Source: Hyalangium minutum
Lineage (GTDB): Bacteria; Myxococcota; Myxococcia; Myxococcales; Myxococcaceae
Length of the DNA stretch: 64,000 nt
Direction of reading: 5' to 3'
Assembly (NCBI RefSeq): GCF_000737315.1
Contig: NZ_JMCB01000004.1
Coordinates: 186,001 to 250,000 of the forward strand
The notes below the pieces were generated by a model, which was not told where the DNA came from, searched no databases, and saw only the letters and a list, made by a program, of their open reading frames with translations. The stretch's first letter is position 1. Each line of letters opens with the position of its first letter. Positions 30,528-39,687 of the stretch are shown one piece after another. The translations under genes and the position numbers were made by a program.

Positions 30528-30770
30528 GTGGAGAACAGGATCGGGAAGAGCTACATGGCTCGGAAGGCCCTCTTCGCGAAGGGTCTGCGCGAGGGGCGGC
30601 TGACAGTGCAGGAGATTGAGACGGCCCTGCCTGCGGGGACGCTCACGGCTGCGGAGCGGTGGCTGCTGTACTACTCGCTGCGCGCCGCCCAGGTCGAGAT
30701 CATCGACGAGGTGACCGGCCAGGTGGACCACGGCTTTTCGCTCGAAGAGCCCGCGCCCCAAGAGCATTAG
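30528..30770 (+). CDS. Stand-alone sigma-70 region 1.1-like protein
   Basis: AAGGAGG RBS at 30513-30519 then GTG at 30528. ALFAKGLREGRLTVQEIETALP...LRAAQVEIIDE resembles the region 1.1 pattern LIxKGKxxGYLTYxEINDxLP...GIEIVD. Confidence 0.7.
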   Translation: MENRIGKSYMARKALFAKGLREGRLTVQEIETALPAGTLTAAERWLLYYSLRAAQVEIIDEVTGQVDHGFSLEEPAPQEH

Positions 30771-30893
30771 TCGCACATCCCGCGTTGACAGATCCGAGGA
30801 GGCGGTTACGTTCGGGTTGTTCAGGGATGTAGGTAATGAGCGACACCCACCACGGCGCGCAAGCTCGCGTCAATTGGACGACGCAGGTTTGAC

Positions 30894-31517
30894 ATGGACG
30901 GCAATCCCCGTACCGAGAGCGGCACCCAGGATCAGAATGGCGCGGAGCAGGCGGCTGCCCAGCAGCCTGCGGAGGGCTCCGCGTCCGAGCAGGCAGAGGC
31001 TCAGCAGGAGTCCCGCCCCGCGCAGGATGCGGAGCGTCAGCGGCTCGAGGCCGAGCTGGAGTCGACCCGCCGCCGCGTGGACGAGCTGGCCCGGGCCTAC
31101 CAGGCGGTCAACAAGGACCGCGAGGAGTTCAAGCAGCGGCTCACGCGCGAGCGCGAGCGGATGATGGACGTGGAGCGCGGCAACGTGGCCGTGACGCTCC
31201 TGGAGGCCATCGACGAGCTGGACCGCTGCGTCTCCATGAGCGGCCAGGAGGCCAACTCCCCGCTGGGGCAGGGCGTGAAGATGATCCGCGATGGCCTGCT
31301 GTCCAAGGTGCAGGGCATGGGCATCGAGCGCATCCAGGTGGTGGGGCAGCCGTTCGATCCCAACACCGCCGAGGCGGCGGACATGGAGATCACCCCCCAT
31401 CCGGACGAGGATCAGAAGGTGGTGGCCGAGATCCGGGCGGGCTACCGGTTCAAGGACCGCATCATCCGTCCAGCCAGAGTGAAAGTGGCCAAGTACGTGC
31501 CCCCAGCTCAGGCTTGA
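30894..31517 (+). CDS. grpE: Nucleotide exchange factor GrpE
   Basis: LLEAIDELDR, GQPFDPNTAEA, RAGYRFKDRIIRPARVKVA. Confidence 0.92.
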   Translation: MDGNPRTESGTQDQNGAEQAAAQQPAEGSASEQAEAQQESRPAQDAERQRLEAELESTRRRVDELARAYQAVNKDREEFKQRLTRERERMMDVERGNVAVTLLEAIDELDRCVSMSGQEANSPLGQGVKMIRDGLLSKVQGMGIERIQVVGQPFDPNTAEAADMEITPHPDEDQKVVAEIRAGYRFKDRIIRPARVKVAKYVPPAQA

Positions 31518-31569
31518 CCGTTCGCCCAGCGGGAAATAGGCGAGGGGGGTGGTTGTTGCCTCCGTCGCC

Positions 31570-33009
31570 ATGGCCCGACTGATGGTCTCTTCTTCCTTCT
31601 CACGCAGCCTGATCCCGCTCCTGGTGGTGCTCGCCACGGCCGCGAGCGCGGATCCGGGCGTGGATGCCTGGCTCAAGGCCCGTGCCCAGGAGCAGTCCGC
31701 CTGGCTCTCCTCCTCGGGGGAGCGGGGCAATGCCTCCAGTGGCCCGCTGGGCCTGTGGCGTGAGCGCGCGGCCTCGGATCCCGGTATCCAGAACTTCGTC
31801 CCGCCTACCTCGCTGGCGCCGCTGATCCGCGCGGTGGAGGCCGGGGTCGTCAACATCACCACCGTGAATGCCCGGGATCGACAAGGGGTCGCCAAGCGAT
31901 CGACGGGCTCGGGCTTCGTGCTCACGCCGGATGGGCTGGTGGTGACGAACAACCACGTGGTGTCCCAGGCGGAGCAGATCGTCGTGCGCGTGGCGGACGG
32001 CCGCGAGTTCCCCGCCAAGGTGGTGGGGCGCGATGCGTCCACGGACGTGGCGCTGCTGAGCCTGGAGACCGCGGCCCGCGAGGATCTGCCCGCGGTGTAC
32101 CTGGGCGACTCGGACAAGCTCGAGGTGGGCGACTGGGTGGTGGCGATCGGCAACCCGTTCGGGCTGGATCACTCGGTGTCGCACGGGATGATCTCCGCCA
32201 AGGAGCGCGTGCTGGGGGTGGGCGTCTTCGATGACTTCATCCAGACGGACGCGCTGATCAACCCGGGCAACTCGGGTGGCCCGCTCTTCAACATGCGCGG
32301 CGAGGTGGTGGGCGTAAACACCGCCATCATGAGCCAGGGCCAGGGCATCGGCTTCGCGGTGCCCATCAACATGGTGAAGGACCTGCTGCCCAACTTGCGC
32401 GAGAACGGCCGGCTCGAGCGCGGATGGCTCGGGGTGGACATCGACGACGCGCGTGCCACGAGCGATGGGCGCTCGCTGGTGGTGAAGGCCGTGTACCGCA
32501 GGAGCCCGGCCGCCAACGCGGGCATCCTCCCGGGCGATCGCGTGGTGGCCGTCAACGGCCGGTCTATCGGCTCGTACCTGCAGTTGCTGCGCAAGGTGGC
32601 GCTGCTGGCGCCCGGCACCGAGGCGAAGCTGACGCTGATGCGCGGCACCGAGTCGAAGGAAGTCACGGTGAAGCTGGCCGCCCGCCCGGCTCCAGAGACA
32701 CTTCAGGCCATGGCCAGCCCCGGCAACATGGAGGATCTGGGCCTGGTGCTGAGGGATCTCTCGCCGGATGTGGCGCCTCAGATGGGCTACGAGCCCTACG
32801 TGGGGGTCCTCGTCACGGGCGTGGTTCCGCGCAGCCCGGCCGCGCAGGCGGGCTTGACCCCGGGAGACTTGCTCACCGAGGTGAATCGCCGCCGCGTGAA
32901 GGACGTGGCCGCCGTGCGTGCCACCCTGGAGAAGGGTGGGGCGGGCGCCAACGTCCTGCTGCGCGTGCAGCGCGGAGACATTCAGCAATACGTGGCGATC
33001 TCGCCGTGA
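31570..33009 (+). CDS. HtrA/DegP-family serine protease with two PDZ domains
   Basis: VTNNHVV, TDVALL, IQTDALINPGNSGGPL, RGWLGV. Start uncertain (31549-31582). Confidence 0.93.
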   Translation: MARLMVSSSFSRSLIPLLVVLATAASADPGVDAWLKARAQEQSAWLSSSGERGNASSGPLGLWRERAASDPGIQNFVPPTSLAPLIRAVEAGVVNITTVNARDRQGVAKRSTGSGFVLTPDGLVVTNNHVVSQAEQIVVRVADGREFPAKVVGRDASTDVALLSLETAAREDLPAVYLGDSDKLEVGDWVVAIGNPFGLDHSVSHGMISAKERVLGVGVFDDFIQTDALINPGNSGGPLFNMRGEVVGVNTAIMSQGQGIGFAVPINMVKDLLPNLRENGRLERGWLGVDIDDARATSDGRSLVVKAVYRRSPAANAGILPGDRVVAVNGRSIGSYLQLLRKVALLAPGTEAKLTLMRGTESKEVTVKLAARPAPETLQAMASPGNMEDLGLVLRDLSPDVAPQMGYEPYVGVLVTGVVPRSPAAQAGLTPGDLLTEVNRRRVKDVAAVRATLEKGGAGANVLLRVQRGDIQQYVAISP

Positions 33010-33109
33010 GCCTGGGGGTTGGCTGCTCCCCTGTTGTTCACTGCGTCAAAGCGCCCTGTGAGGGAGTAAGGTCGCGCTCCTCACCGTCTGACCGAGGATC
33101 CTCGGAGTC

Positions 33110-35773
33110 ATGCGCAAAAGCATCATCGGCGCAGCAGTCTTGCTAGGAGTGGGGCTCGCGCTCTTCTTCGTGTTGCGCGCGCCCGACCCGGAGAATGCCC
33201 CGGACGTGGAGGAAGGGTCGGAACGGGTCGAGGCTCGGACGGAGCGGCCGGGCACCGCGCTTCAGCCGGAGGCTCCCGAGGATCTGGGGGCCCGCGGCTC
33301 CGCGGATCCGGGCAGCACGCCGGGGCTGTCGCAGCCCCCCTCGGAAGCGGACGGGGTGCTGGAGGTGGAGGTGGTCGCGGGCGAGCGGCCGGTGCCCGGC
33401 GCCACCGTGCGGTTGTACTGGCGGGGGCCTCGCGACCCGAACCTCAATGAGGTGTCGTGGCGGCTGGCGAGCACGGGCGTCACGGATGCGCAGGGGCGGG
33501 CGCGGCTGGCTTCCCGGCCCGGCGGCTATCAAGTCGCGGTGCGTGCACAGGGCTATGGGCCGGTGCTGCGCGACGTGGTGCGCCCCTATGGAGAGGCGCG
33601 CACGCTCATGAGGCTCTCGCTGGAGCCGGGACAGACGCTCACGGGCCACACGGTGGAGGCCGACACGCCAGATCCGTTACCGCTGGTGGAACTCGTCCTC
33701 ACGGCGCATGGGCGCAAGCTGGAACGGTGGCAGGACGCGGCGGCCCCCGCGGAGGAGCGGGCGTACGCCTCGAGCAACGCGCGCGGAGACTTTCGTGTAG
33801 AGGGACTCGCGCCTGGGAACTACACGCTGGAGGCCCGGGCGGTGGGGTATGCCCGGACGGAGCTGCGGCCCGTGAAGGTTCCCTCCGTGGGGCCGCTCAC
33901 GGTCGAGCTGCGAAAGGCCGGAGTCATCGAAGGGTTCGTGGTGGACGCACAGGGGCACCCGGCTGCGGGAGCGGAGGTGCAGGTGGGCGGACGCGTGCCC
34001 GAAGTCGCCACCACGGGCGAGGGCGGAGGCTTCTCGGTGGAGGTCGAGCCCGGGGACCATACCGTATCCGCGCGCCGGGGCTCCGAGGCCGGCTCCCTGC
34101 CCAACTCGATCATCATCGGCGCCGGAAAGACGGTGCGTGATTTGCGCATCCAACTGGGGCAGAGCGCCGTCCTGGAAGGGCGCGTGGTGGCGAACACTGC
34201 GGGCACACCGATCGAAGGCGCGCGGGTGGACGTGAGCCCCTACCGCAAGAGCGGCGACTCGGGCCGAGCGGTGACGGATGGCTCGGGGCGCTTCTCCGTG
34301 GGAGGCCTGGCGCCGGGCAGCTACGACGTGGTGGCGAGCGCTCCTGGGTTCTCCACCGTCTCGCGAAGCGGGCTGACGGTGGCCTCGGGCGAGCGCTTCT
34401 CCCTGGAGCTCAAGCTCACGGGCACCGGCGCGGTGGAAGGCTCCGTGCGGGACAGGGCGGGCCAGCCCGTGCCGGGCGCGCGGGTGTTGGGAGGCAGCCG
34501 CTGGGGCGGACTGCTGGGCGAGGCTCCGGCCGAGAGCCGCACGGACGCGGAGGGTCACTACCGTCTCGAGGGGGTGGCCGCTGGGGAACTCTTCTTGAGC
34601 GCTCGCTGGGAGGGAGCGCCGATGGGCTCCGTTCAGCAGGCGGAGGTGAAGGAGGGGAGCACCACGAAGGTGGACCTCACCCTGGACGCGACAGGGACGG
34701 TGGAGGGCGTGGTTCGCGCGGCGCAGGGAGCTCTGCCCCCCGAGCCCCTGAGCGTGAACGCGGTCAAGGCCACCCTGTCGCGCTCTGAAATGGATGTCAC
34801 CCAGGCCGAGACCGATGCGACGGGCCACTTCCGCCTGGTGCTCCCGCCCGGCCCCTATGAGGTGTGGTTGGTCTCTGGCAAACGCCTTCCACACTTGCTC
34901 CCGAAGCGGGTGCAGGTGGAGGCGGGGAAGACGGTGCAGACGGAGCTGACCTGGACGCCTCCAGAGGAGAAGCCCACCGAGGGCGGCATCCGGGGCATCG
35001 TTCTGGAGCCGGATGGGACGCCCTCCGTGAGCGCCTTCGTGACGCTCTCCGTCGAGGGTCCACGGTCTCGATACCGGATGGAGTCGACGGATGCAGCGGG
35101 GCGTTTCTCCTTCTCCTTCGACTCGGGGGACCCGGTGACGTCCTCGGCGCGGGTGCGCTTGAAGGCGCGCAACGGTGGGCGCACGGGCGAAGTCCCAGGT
35201 GTAAAGCCCGGAGAGCAGTCCGTGGTGGTGCGGCTCCAGCCCCCAGGCGCGTTGCGAGGCCAGGTCGTGCGTGCCAGCGGCGGGGCTCCTGTCCAGGGCT
35301 TCACCCTGACCCTCGAGAAAGATGGACCTGGTTCCTTCCTGGGAAACCGCGGCCCCTGGGAGTTTCCCGGCAACCGCTTCGAGCTCGGCGACGTGCCCGC
35401 TGAGGAGGTGAAGGTGCGAGTGAGGACGGAAGATGGCGCGACGGGCGAGGCGCTGACGTCCACGCGCCCGGGGGCGGTGTCCGAGGTGGAGGTGGCCTTG
35501 AAGTCCGCAGCCGGTGTCAGGGGCCGGGTGATGGATGGGAACACGAAGGAGCCGCTGGCCGATGCCTGGATCTTCGTCGAGGGCTCTGGGGCCGGGAGCT
35601 CTGACAGCCGGACGGGCGCCGATGGCCGCTTCAGCCTGGAGCGGCTGATGCCCGGGGCGTACACGCTCATGGTCATGGCGGGGCAGGGCCGGACGCCCGC
35701 GCGCCAGCCCGTGAAGTTGGAGGAGGGGCAGGTGCTCGATGTAGGCGACATTTCCATCACCCGCTCGCCCTGA
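33110..35773 (+). CDS. Membrane-anchored protein with multiple carboxypeptidase-regulatory-like (beta-sandwich) repeats
   Basis: N-terminal TM segment, then repeated GxVxDxxGxPVxGAxV...TDAxGRF...LxPGxY motifs. Confidence 0.85.
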   Translation: MRKSIIGAAVLLGVGLALFFVLRAPDPENAPDVEEGSERVEARTERPGTALQPEAPEDLGARGSADPGSTPGLSQPPSEADGVLEVEVVAGERPVPGATVRLYWRGPRDPNLNEVSWRLASTGVTDAQGRARLASRPGGYQVAVRAQGYGPVLRDVVRPYGEARTLMRLSLEPGQTLTGHTVEADTPDPLPLVELVLTAHGRKLERWQDAAAPAEERAYASSNARGDFRVEGLAPGNYTLEARAVGYARTELRPVKVPSVGPLTVELRKAGVIEGFVVDAQGHPAAGAEVQVGGRVPEVATTGEGGGFSVEVEPGDHTVSARRGSEAGSLPNSIIIGAGKTVRDLRIQLGQSAVLEGRVVANTAGTPIEGARVDVSPYRKSGDSGRAVTDGSGRFSVGGLAPGSYDVVASAPGFSTVSRSGLTVASGERFSLELKLTGTGAVEGSVRDRAGQPVPGARVLGGSRWGGLLGEAPAESRTDAEGHYRLEGVAAGELFLSARWEGAPMGSVQQAEVKEGSTTKVDLTLDATGTVEGVVRAAQGALPPEPLSVNAVKATLSRSEMDVTQAETDATGHFRLVLPPGPYEVWLVSGKRLPHLLPKRVQVEAGKTVQTELTWTPPEEKPTEGGIRGIVLEPDGTPSVSAFVTLSVEGPRSRYRMESTDAAGRFSFSFDSGDPVTSSARVRLKARNGGRTGEVPGVKPGEQSVVVRLQPPGALRGQVVRASGGAPVQGFTLTLEKDGPGSFLGNRGPWEFPGNRFELGDVPAEEVKVRVRTEDGATGEALTSTRPGAVSEVEVALKSAAGVRGRVMDGNTKEPLADAWIFVEGSGAGSSDSRTGADGRFSLERLMPGAYTLMVMAGQGRTPARQPVKLEEGQVLDVGDISITRSP

Positions 35774-35788
35774 GTTCAGGAACCCGGT

Positions 35789-38449
35789 ATGCGCAAGCTC
35801 GTCATCACGGTGGGGATTCTGGTGGGGTTGGGGCTCGTGGTCCTTTGGTTCTGGAGCCCGGGAGGCCCAGTCCCCTCCACGGACACGGAGGGGGAAGGGC
35901 GGAGTCAGCGCCGGCAGGCCATGGCCCGGCCCGGCTCCGCGCAGCTGGAGAGTCCCGAGGACATGGGGGCTCGGGGCAGCGCGGACGCGGGCAGTACGCC
36001 CTCGCTGGCGCAGCCTCCCTCGGAGGCGGACGGGGTGCTGGAGGTGGAGGTGGTTGCAGGCTCGAAGCCAGTGCCAGGCGCCAGCGTGCGGCTGTACTGG
36101 CGGGGGCCTCGGGATCCGAGCCTGGATGAGGTGGCCTGGCGGCTGGCGAGCGCCGGCCTCACGGATGAGCAGGGGTGGGCACGGCTGGCGTCGAGGCCGG
36201 GAGGCTACCTGCTGGCAGTGCGCGCGCAGGGCTACGGCCCGGTGATGCGAGACGTGGTGCGGCCCTATGGCGAGGCGCGCACGCGGATGCGGATCTCGTT
36301 GGAGCCCGGCCAGACGCTCACGGGGCGCACGGTGGAGGCGGGCACGAAGGATCCGCTACCGCTGGTAGAGCTCTCGCTGACCGCCTACGGCCGGGGAGAG
36401 CAGGAGGCCTGGCAGAGCGCCGAAGCGCCAGCGGAGGAGCGCATCTACGCCGCGAGTGACGCGCGTGGGAACTTCCGCGTGGAGGGGCTTGCCCCTGGGA
36501 GCTACCAGCTGGAAGCCAAGGCGGTGGGGCATGTCCGAGCCGTGCAGAAGCGCGTGAAGGTGCCCGCTTCGGGGCCGATCACGGTGGAGCTCCAGTCTGC
36601 CGGAGTCATCGAGGGCTTCGTGGTGGACGCACAGGGGCGCCCGGCCGCGGGAGCCGAGGTGCACGTGGGCGGGCGCGTACCCGAGGTGGTCACCACCGGC
36701 GAGGGCGGCGGCTTCTCGGTGGAGACCGAGCCGGGGGCTCACATCGTGTCGGCGCGGAGGGGCAGTGAGGCGGGCTCGCTGCCCACCCCGGTCATCGTCA
36801 GCGCGGGCAAGACGGTGCGCGAGCTGCGGATCCAGCTGGGCCAGAGCGCGGCGCTGGAGGGCCACGTGGTGGCAAAGACGTCGGGCGCACCCATCGAAGG
36901 CGCGCGGGTGGACGTGAGCCCCTACGGCAACAGCGGGGACTCGGGCCGAGCGGTCACGGATGCGTCGGGCTTCTTCTCCGTGGGACAGCTGGCTCCGGGC
37001 AGCTATGACTTGGTGGTGTCCGCGCAGGGCTATGCGGAGGTCAACCGGCGCGCGCTGACGGTGTCTGCGGGCGAGCGCTTCTCCATCGAGCTCCAGCTTG
37101 CGGGGACCGGCGCGGTGGAGGGCTTCGTTCGGGACAGCTCGGGCCAGCCGGTAGCGGGTGCTCAGGTGGTGAGCAGCAACCGCTGGGGAGGCACGTGGGG
37201 CAGCACGCCGATAGAGGCCCGGGCCGACGCCCAGGGGCATTACCTTCTTGAAGGCCTGCCCGCGGGGCCGTTGAGCCTCACGGCGCGCAGGGAGAGCGCG
37301 ACCATTGGTGTCCGGCACATCGTGGAAATCACCGAGGACTCGACGGCGAAGCTGGACTTCACGCTGGAGGAGCCGGGCACCGTGGAGGGCAAGGTCATCC
37401 CGGCCCAGGGCTCCCTGCCTTCCGATCCCCTGGTCGTGCTGGCCTATCCCCGGGAGAGCACCGCCCAGGTCCCCTCGGACTTCCGGCCGATCGAGCTGGA
37501 GCCCTCGGGGACCTTCCGGATGACGCTGCAGCCGGGGGCCTACGACTTGCGCGTGGCGCTCTCGGAGCGCTGGCCCTTTGGCCCCAGCGAGTCGAAGTGG
37601 GTGAACGTGAAGGGGGGAGCAACTGTCCCGGTGGAGATTGTCTGGCAACCCGATGCGCGCGAGCAGGACGGCCTCGTGGGCACGGTCGTCGAGCCGGATG
37701 GCACGCCCTCGCCGCTGGCCTTCGTCACAGTGACTCCTGAGGAGGGGTGGCGAGGGCCGCGGAAGAACGTCCCCACGGATGAGCAGGGGCGCTTCTCGTT
37801 CACCCTCACGGAGGAGGAGGCCGCCTACGAGGGCCGGCTGAAGCTCGTGGCCCGGAACGGGGGCCGGCTGGGCGAGCTGCGAGGGGTCAAACCGGGAGAG
37901 CGGAGCCTCGTCGTGAAGCTCCAGCCCGCCGTGGGGATTCGGGGCAGGGTGGTGCGCGCCAACGGGGGTGAGCCGGTGAAGGGCTTCACCCTCTCCATGG
38001 AGTCGCTGGACCTGCGCAGCTTGCTCATGGACCAGTCCACGCTGGAGTTCCCGGGAGACCGCTTCGAGCTCCGGGAGGCCCCGTCCGAGCCCGTACGGCT
38101 GACGGCCCGGACGGAGAGCGGCCTGGGAGGATCTGTTGTGGTGACCCCGAGGGCTGGAACTCCCTCCGAGGTGGAGATCCCCCTGAAGGGCACGGCCACG
38201 CTTCGGGGCAAGGTGCTGGATACGGCGACCCAGCGGCCGCTGCCCGGGGCGCTCTACTTCGTCCTGGAGGATCGGCCCATGAATCCGGAGAACGCCACGG
38301 GCCCGGATGGGAGCTTCAAGATGGAGGGCGTCGGCGTGGGAGACCGCGTCCTCGTCATCCTGAGCGGCGACGAGTACAAGCGCGTGCCCGTGAAGCTGGA
38401 GGAGGGCCAGGAGAAGGACGTGGGAGACATCCTCCTCGGCGACTACTGA
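35789..38449 (+). CDS. Tandem paralog of 33110-35773
   Basis: Same architecture and length (886 vs 887 aa), with shared blocks such as QPPSEADGVLEVEVVAG and RDVVRPYGEART. Confidence 0.85.
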   Translation: MRKLVITVGILVGLGLVVLWFWSPGGPVPSTDTEGEGRSQRRQAMARPGSAQLESPEDMGARGSADAGSTPSLAQPPSEADGVLEVEVVAGSKPVPGASVRLYWRGPRDPSLDEVAWRLASAGLTDEQGWARLASRPGGYLLAVRAQGYGPVMRDVVRPYGEARTRMRISLEPGQTLTGRTVEAGTKDPLPLVELSLTAYGRGEQEAWQSAEAPAEERIYAASDARGNFRVEGLAPGSYQLEAKAVGHVRAVQKRVKVPASGPITVELQSAGVIEGFVVDAQGRPAAGAEVHVGGRVPEVVTTGEGGGFSVETEPGAHIVSARRGSEAGSLPTPVIVSAGKTVRELRIQLGQSAALEGHVVAKTSGAPIEGARVDVSPYGNSGDSGRAVTDASGFFSVGQLAPGSYDLVVSAQGYAEVNRRALTVSAGERFSIELQLAGTGAVEGFVRDSSGQPVAGAQVVSSNRWGGTWGSTPIEARADAQGHYLLEGLPAGPLSLTARRESATIGVRHIVEITEDSTAKLDFTLEEPGTVEGKVIPAQGSLPSDPLVVLAYPRESTAQVPSDFRPIELEPSGTFRMTLQPGAYDLRVALSERWPFGPSESKWVNVKGGATVPVEIVWQPDAREQDGLVGTVVEPDGTPSPLAFVTVTPEEGWRGPRKNVPTDEQGRFSFTLTEEEAAYEGRLKLVARNGGRLGELRGVKPGERSLVVKLQPAVGIRGRVVRANGGEPVKGFTLSMESLDLRSLLMDQSTLEFPGDRFELREAPSEPVRLTARTESGLGGSVVVTPRAGTPSEVEIPLKGTATLRGKVLDTATQRPLPGALYFVLEDRPMNPENATGPDGSFKMEGVGVGDRVLVILSGDEYKRVPVKLEEGQEKDVGDILLGDY

Positions 38450-38458
38450 GGCCCGCGC

Positions 38459-39100
38459 CTACCGCTTCTTGGTGTTGGCGTCCTTGCCGTCCAGCCAGAG
38501 CCCGAGGTGATCGCCGGTGCGGCCCTCCGTCACCAGGACGGCCTCCAGGCGCGCGGCCACCCCGAAGATCTTCCCGCCGCCCGGCTTGGGCAGGCTCCAG
38601 ATGTCCAGCGGCGTGAACACCACCGACAACCGCACGGCCTTCGAGGAGAACGCCCGCGCGAACATGCCCCCGTTCCAGCCCTCGGGAGTGGTGCCCGTCA
38701 CCTTCAGCAGCGGGAGGACGGGGTTGCCCGCCGCATCCGTCTTCTTCGGCGTGCCGTGCGTCAGCGCGTACTTCCCGCCCGCGAAGAACGGCAGGATGTC
38801 GATGGCGTAGTCGCCCGTGGAGGGCTGGTACCCGGCCGGGGACACCATCGTCGCCACGTCCTCGGTGATGATCATGTACATCTTCTTGCCCTTGTAGGCC
38901 TTGCGGAACTCGTCCGCCTTGGTGCGGCAGTCCGGGCTGGCGAACATGTCCCCGCACTCGCCGATGTAGCGGTTGAGGAAGGCGCTCAGGCCTCCCAGCG
39001 GCTCCGCGGCGTCTCTCAGCCGGGCAAAGCGTTGATCCACGTCCGCCAACGCGAGCGCGGGCAGCAGCAGGGCGACGAGAGCGGCAAAGCAGCGGTTCAC
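38459..39100 (-). CDS. Hypothetical secreted protein (myxobacterial conserved family, possibly DUF6066)
   Basis: GTG at 39100: MNRCFAALVALLLPALALA|DVDQRF signal peptide. Family name is recalled, not verified. Confidence 0.7.
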   Translation of the reverse strand: MNRCFAALVALLLPALALADVDQRFARLRDAAEPLGGLSAFLNRYIGECGDMFASPDCRTKADEFRKAYKGKKMYMIITEDVATMVSPAGYQPSTGDYAIDILPFFAGGKYALTHGTPKKTDAAGNPVLPLLKVTGTTPEGWNGGMFARAFSSKAVRLSVVFTPLDIWSLPKPGGGKIFGVAARLEAVLVTEGRTGDHLGLWLDGKDANTKKR

Positions 39101-39265
39101 GGGGCAGGGCTCCCTGGAAAGAGGTGGGCCGCGCATCGTGCCACTCTGGATCGCTTCCGCCAGCCCCCCTTCACATTGGTACGTCCAGGTAGCATGTGGT
39201 GGATATTTTGACTACATGAGCCCACCATGTAGTTTTCGGGCCTCTCTTCTTGGAGGCACCACCGA

Positions 39266-39613
39266 GTGAACGAGCGCCGGGCACATCTTCGGTTCGACAA
39301 GGTCTTCACCGTGTACCTAACGACGCAGGACGGGATGACCCGGGGTATTGGGCGGAACATCAGCGCCCGGGGCCTGTTCGTGGAGACGCGCGAGCCGGTT
39401 CCGCTGGGCGAGAAGCTGAAGATCACCTTCGCGGGGGAGGACGGCACGGAGATGACGTGCCTGTGCGAGGTGCGCTACCAGGTGGCGCTGGCGTACGGGA
39501 AGCGGGACGGGCGCGAGGGCAACAGCCGGGGCGTGGGCCTGCGGATCGTGGCGTACGAGACCCAGGACGAGGCGCCGCTGCTGCTGGTGGACCGCGAGCG
39601 GGTGATGCACTGA
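39266..39613 (+). CDS. PilZ-domain protein
   Basis: ERRAHLR (RxxxR) and NISARG ((D/N)xSxxG) c-di-GMP motifs. Confidence 0.88.
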   Translation: MNERRAHLRFDKVFTVYLTTQDGMTRGIGRNISARGLFVETREPVPLGEKLKITFAGEDGTEMTCLCEVRYQVALAYGKRDGREGNSRGVGLRIVAYETQDEAPLLLVDRERVMH

Positions 39614-39623
39614 GAAACACGAA

Positions 39624-39657
39624 GGGCCCGGCCCCTCATGGTGAGGAGACCGGGCCC
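39624..39657. terminator. Hairpin between convergent PilZ and dehydrogenase genes
   Basis: GGGCCCGG...CCTCA-TGG-TGAGG...CCGGGCCC. Confidence 0.65.
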
Positions 39658-39687
39658 CGGGGGCTCACGCCGTGAGGCGTGGGCGGG

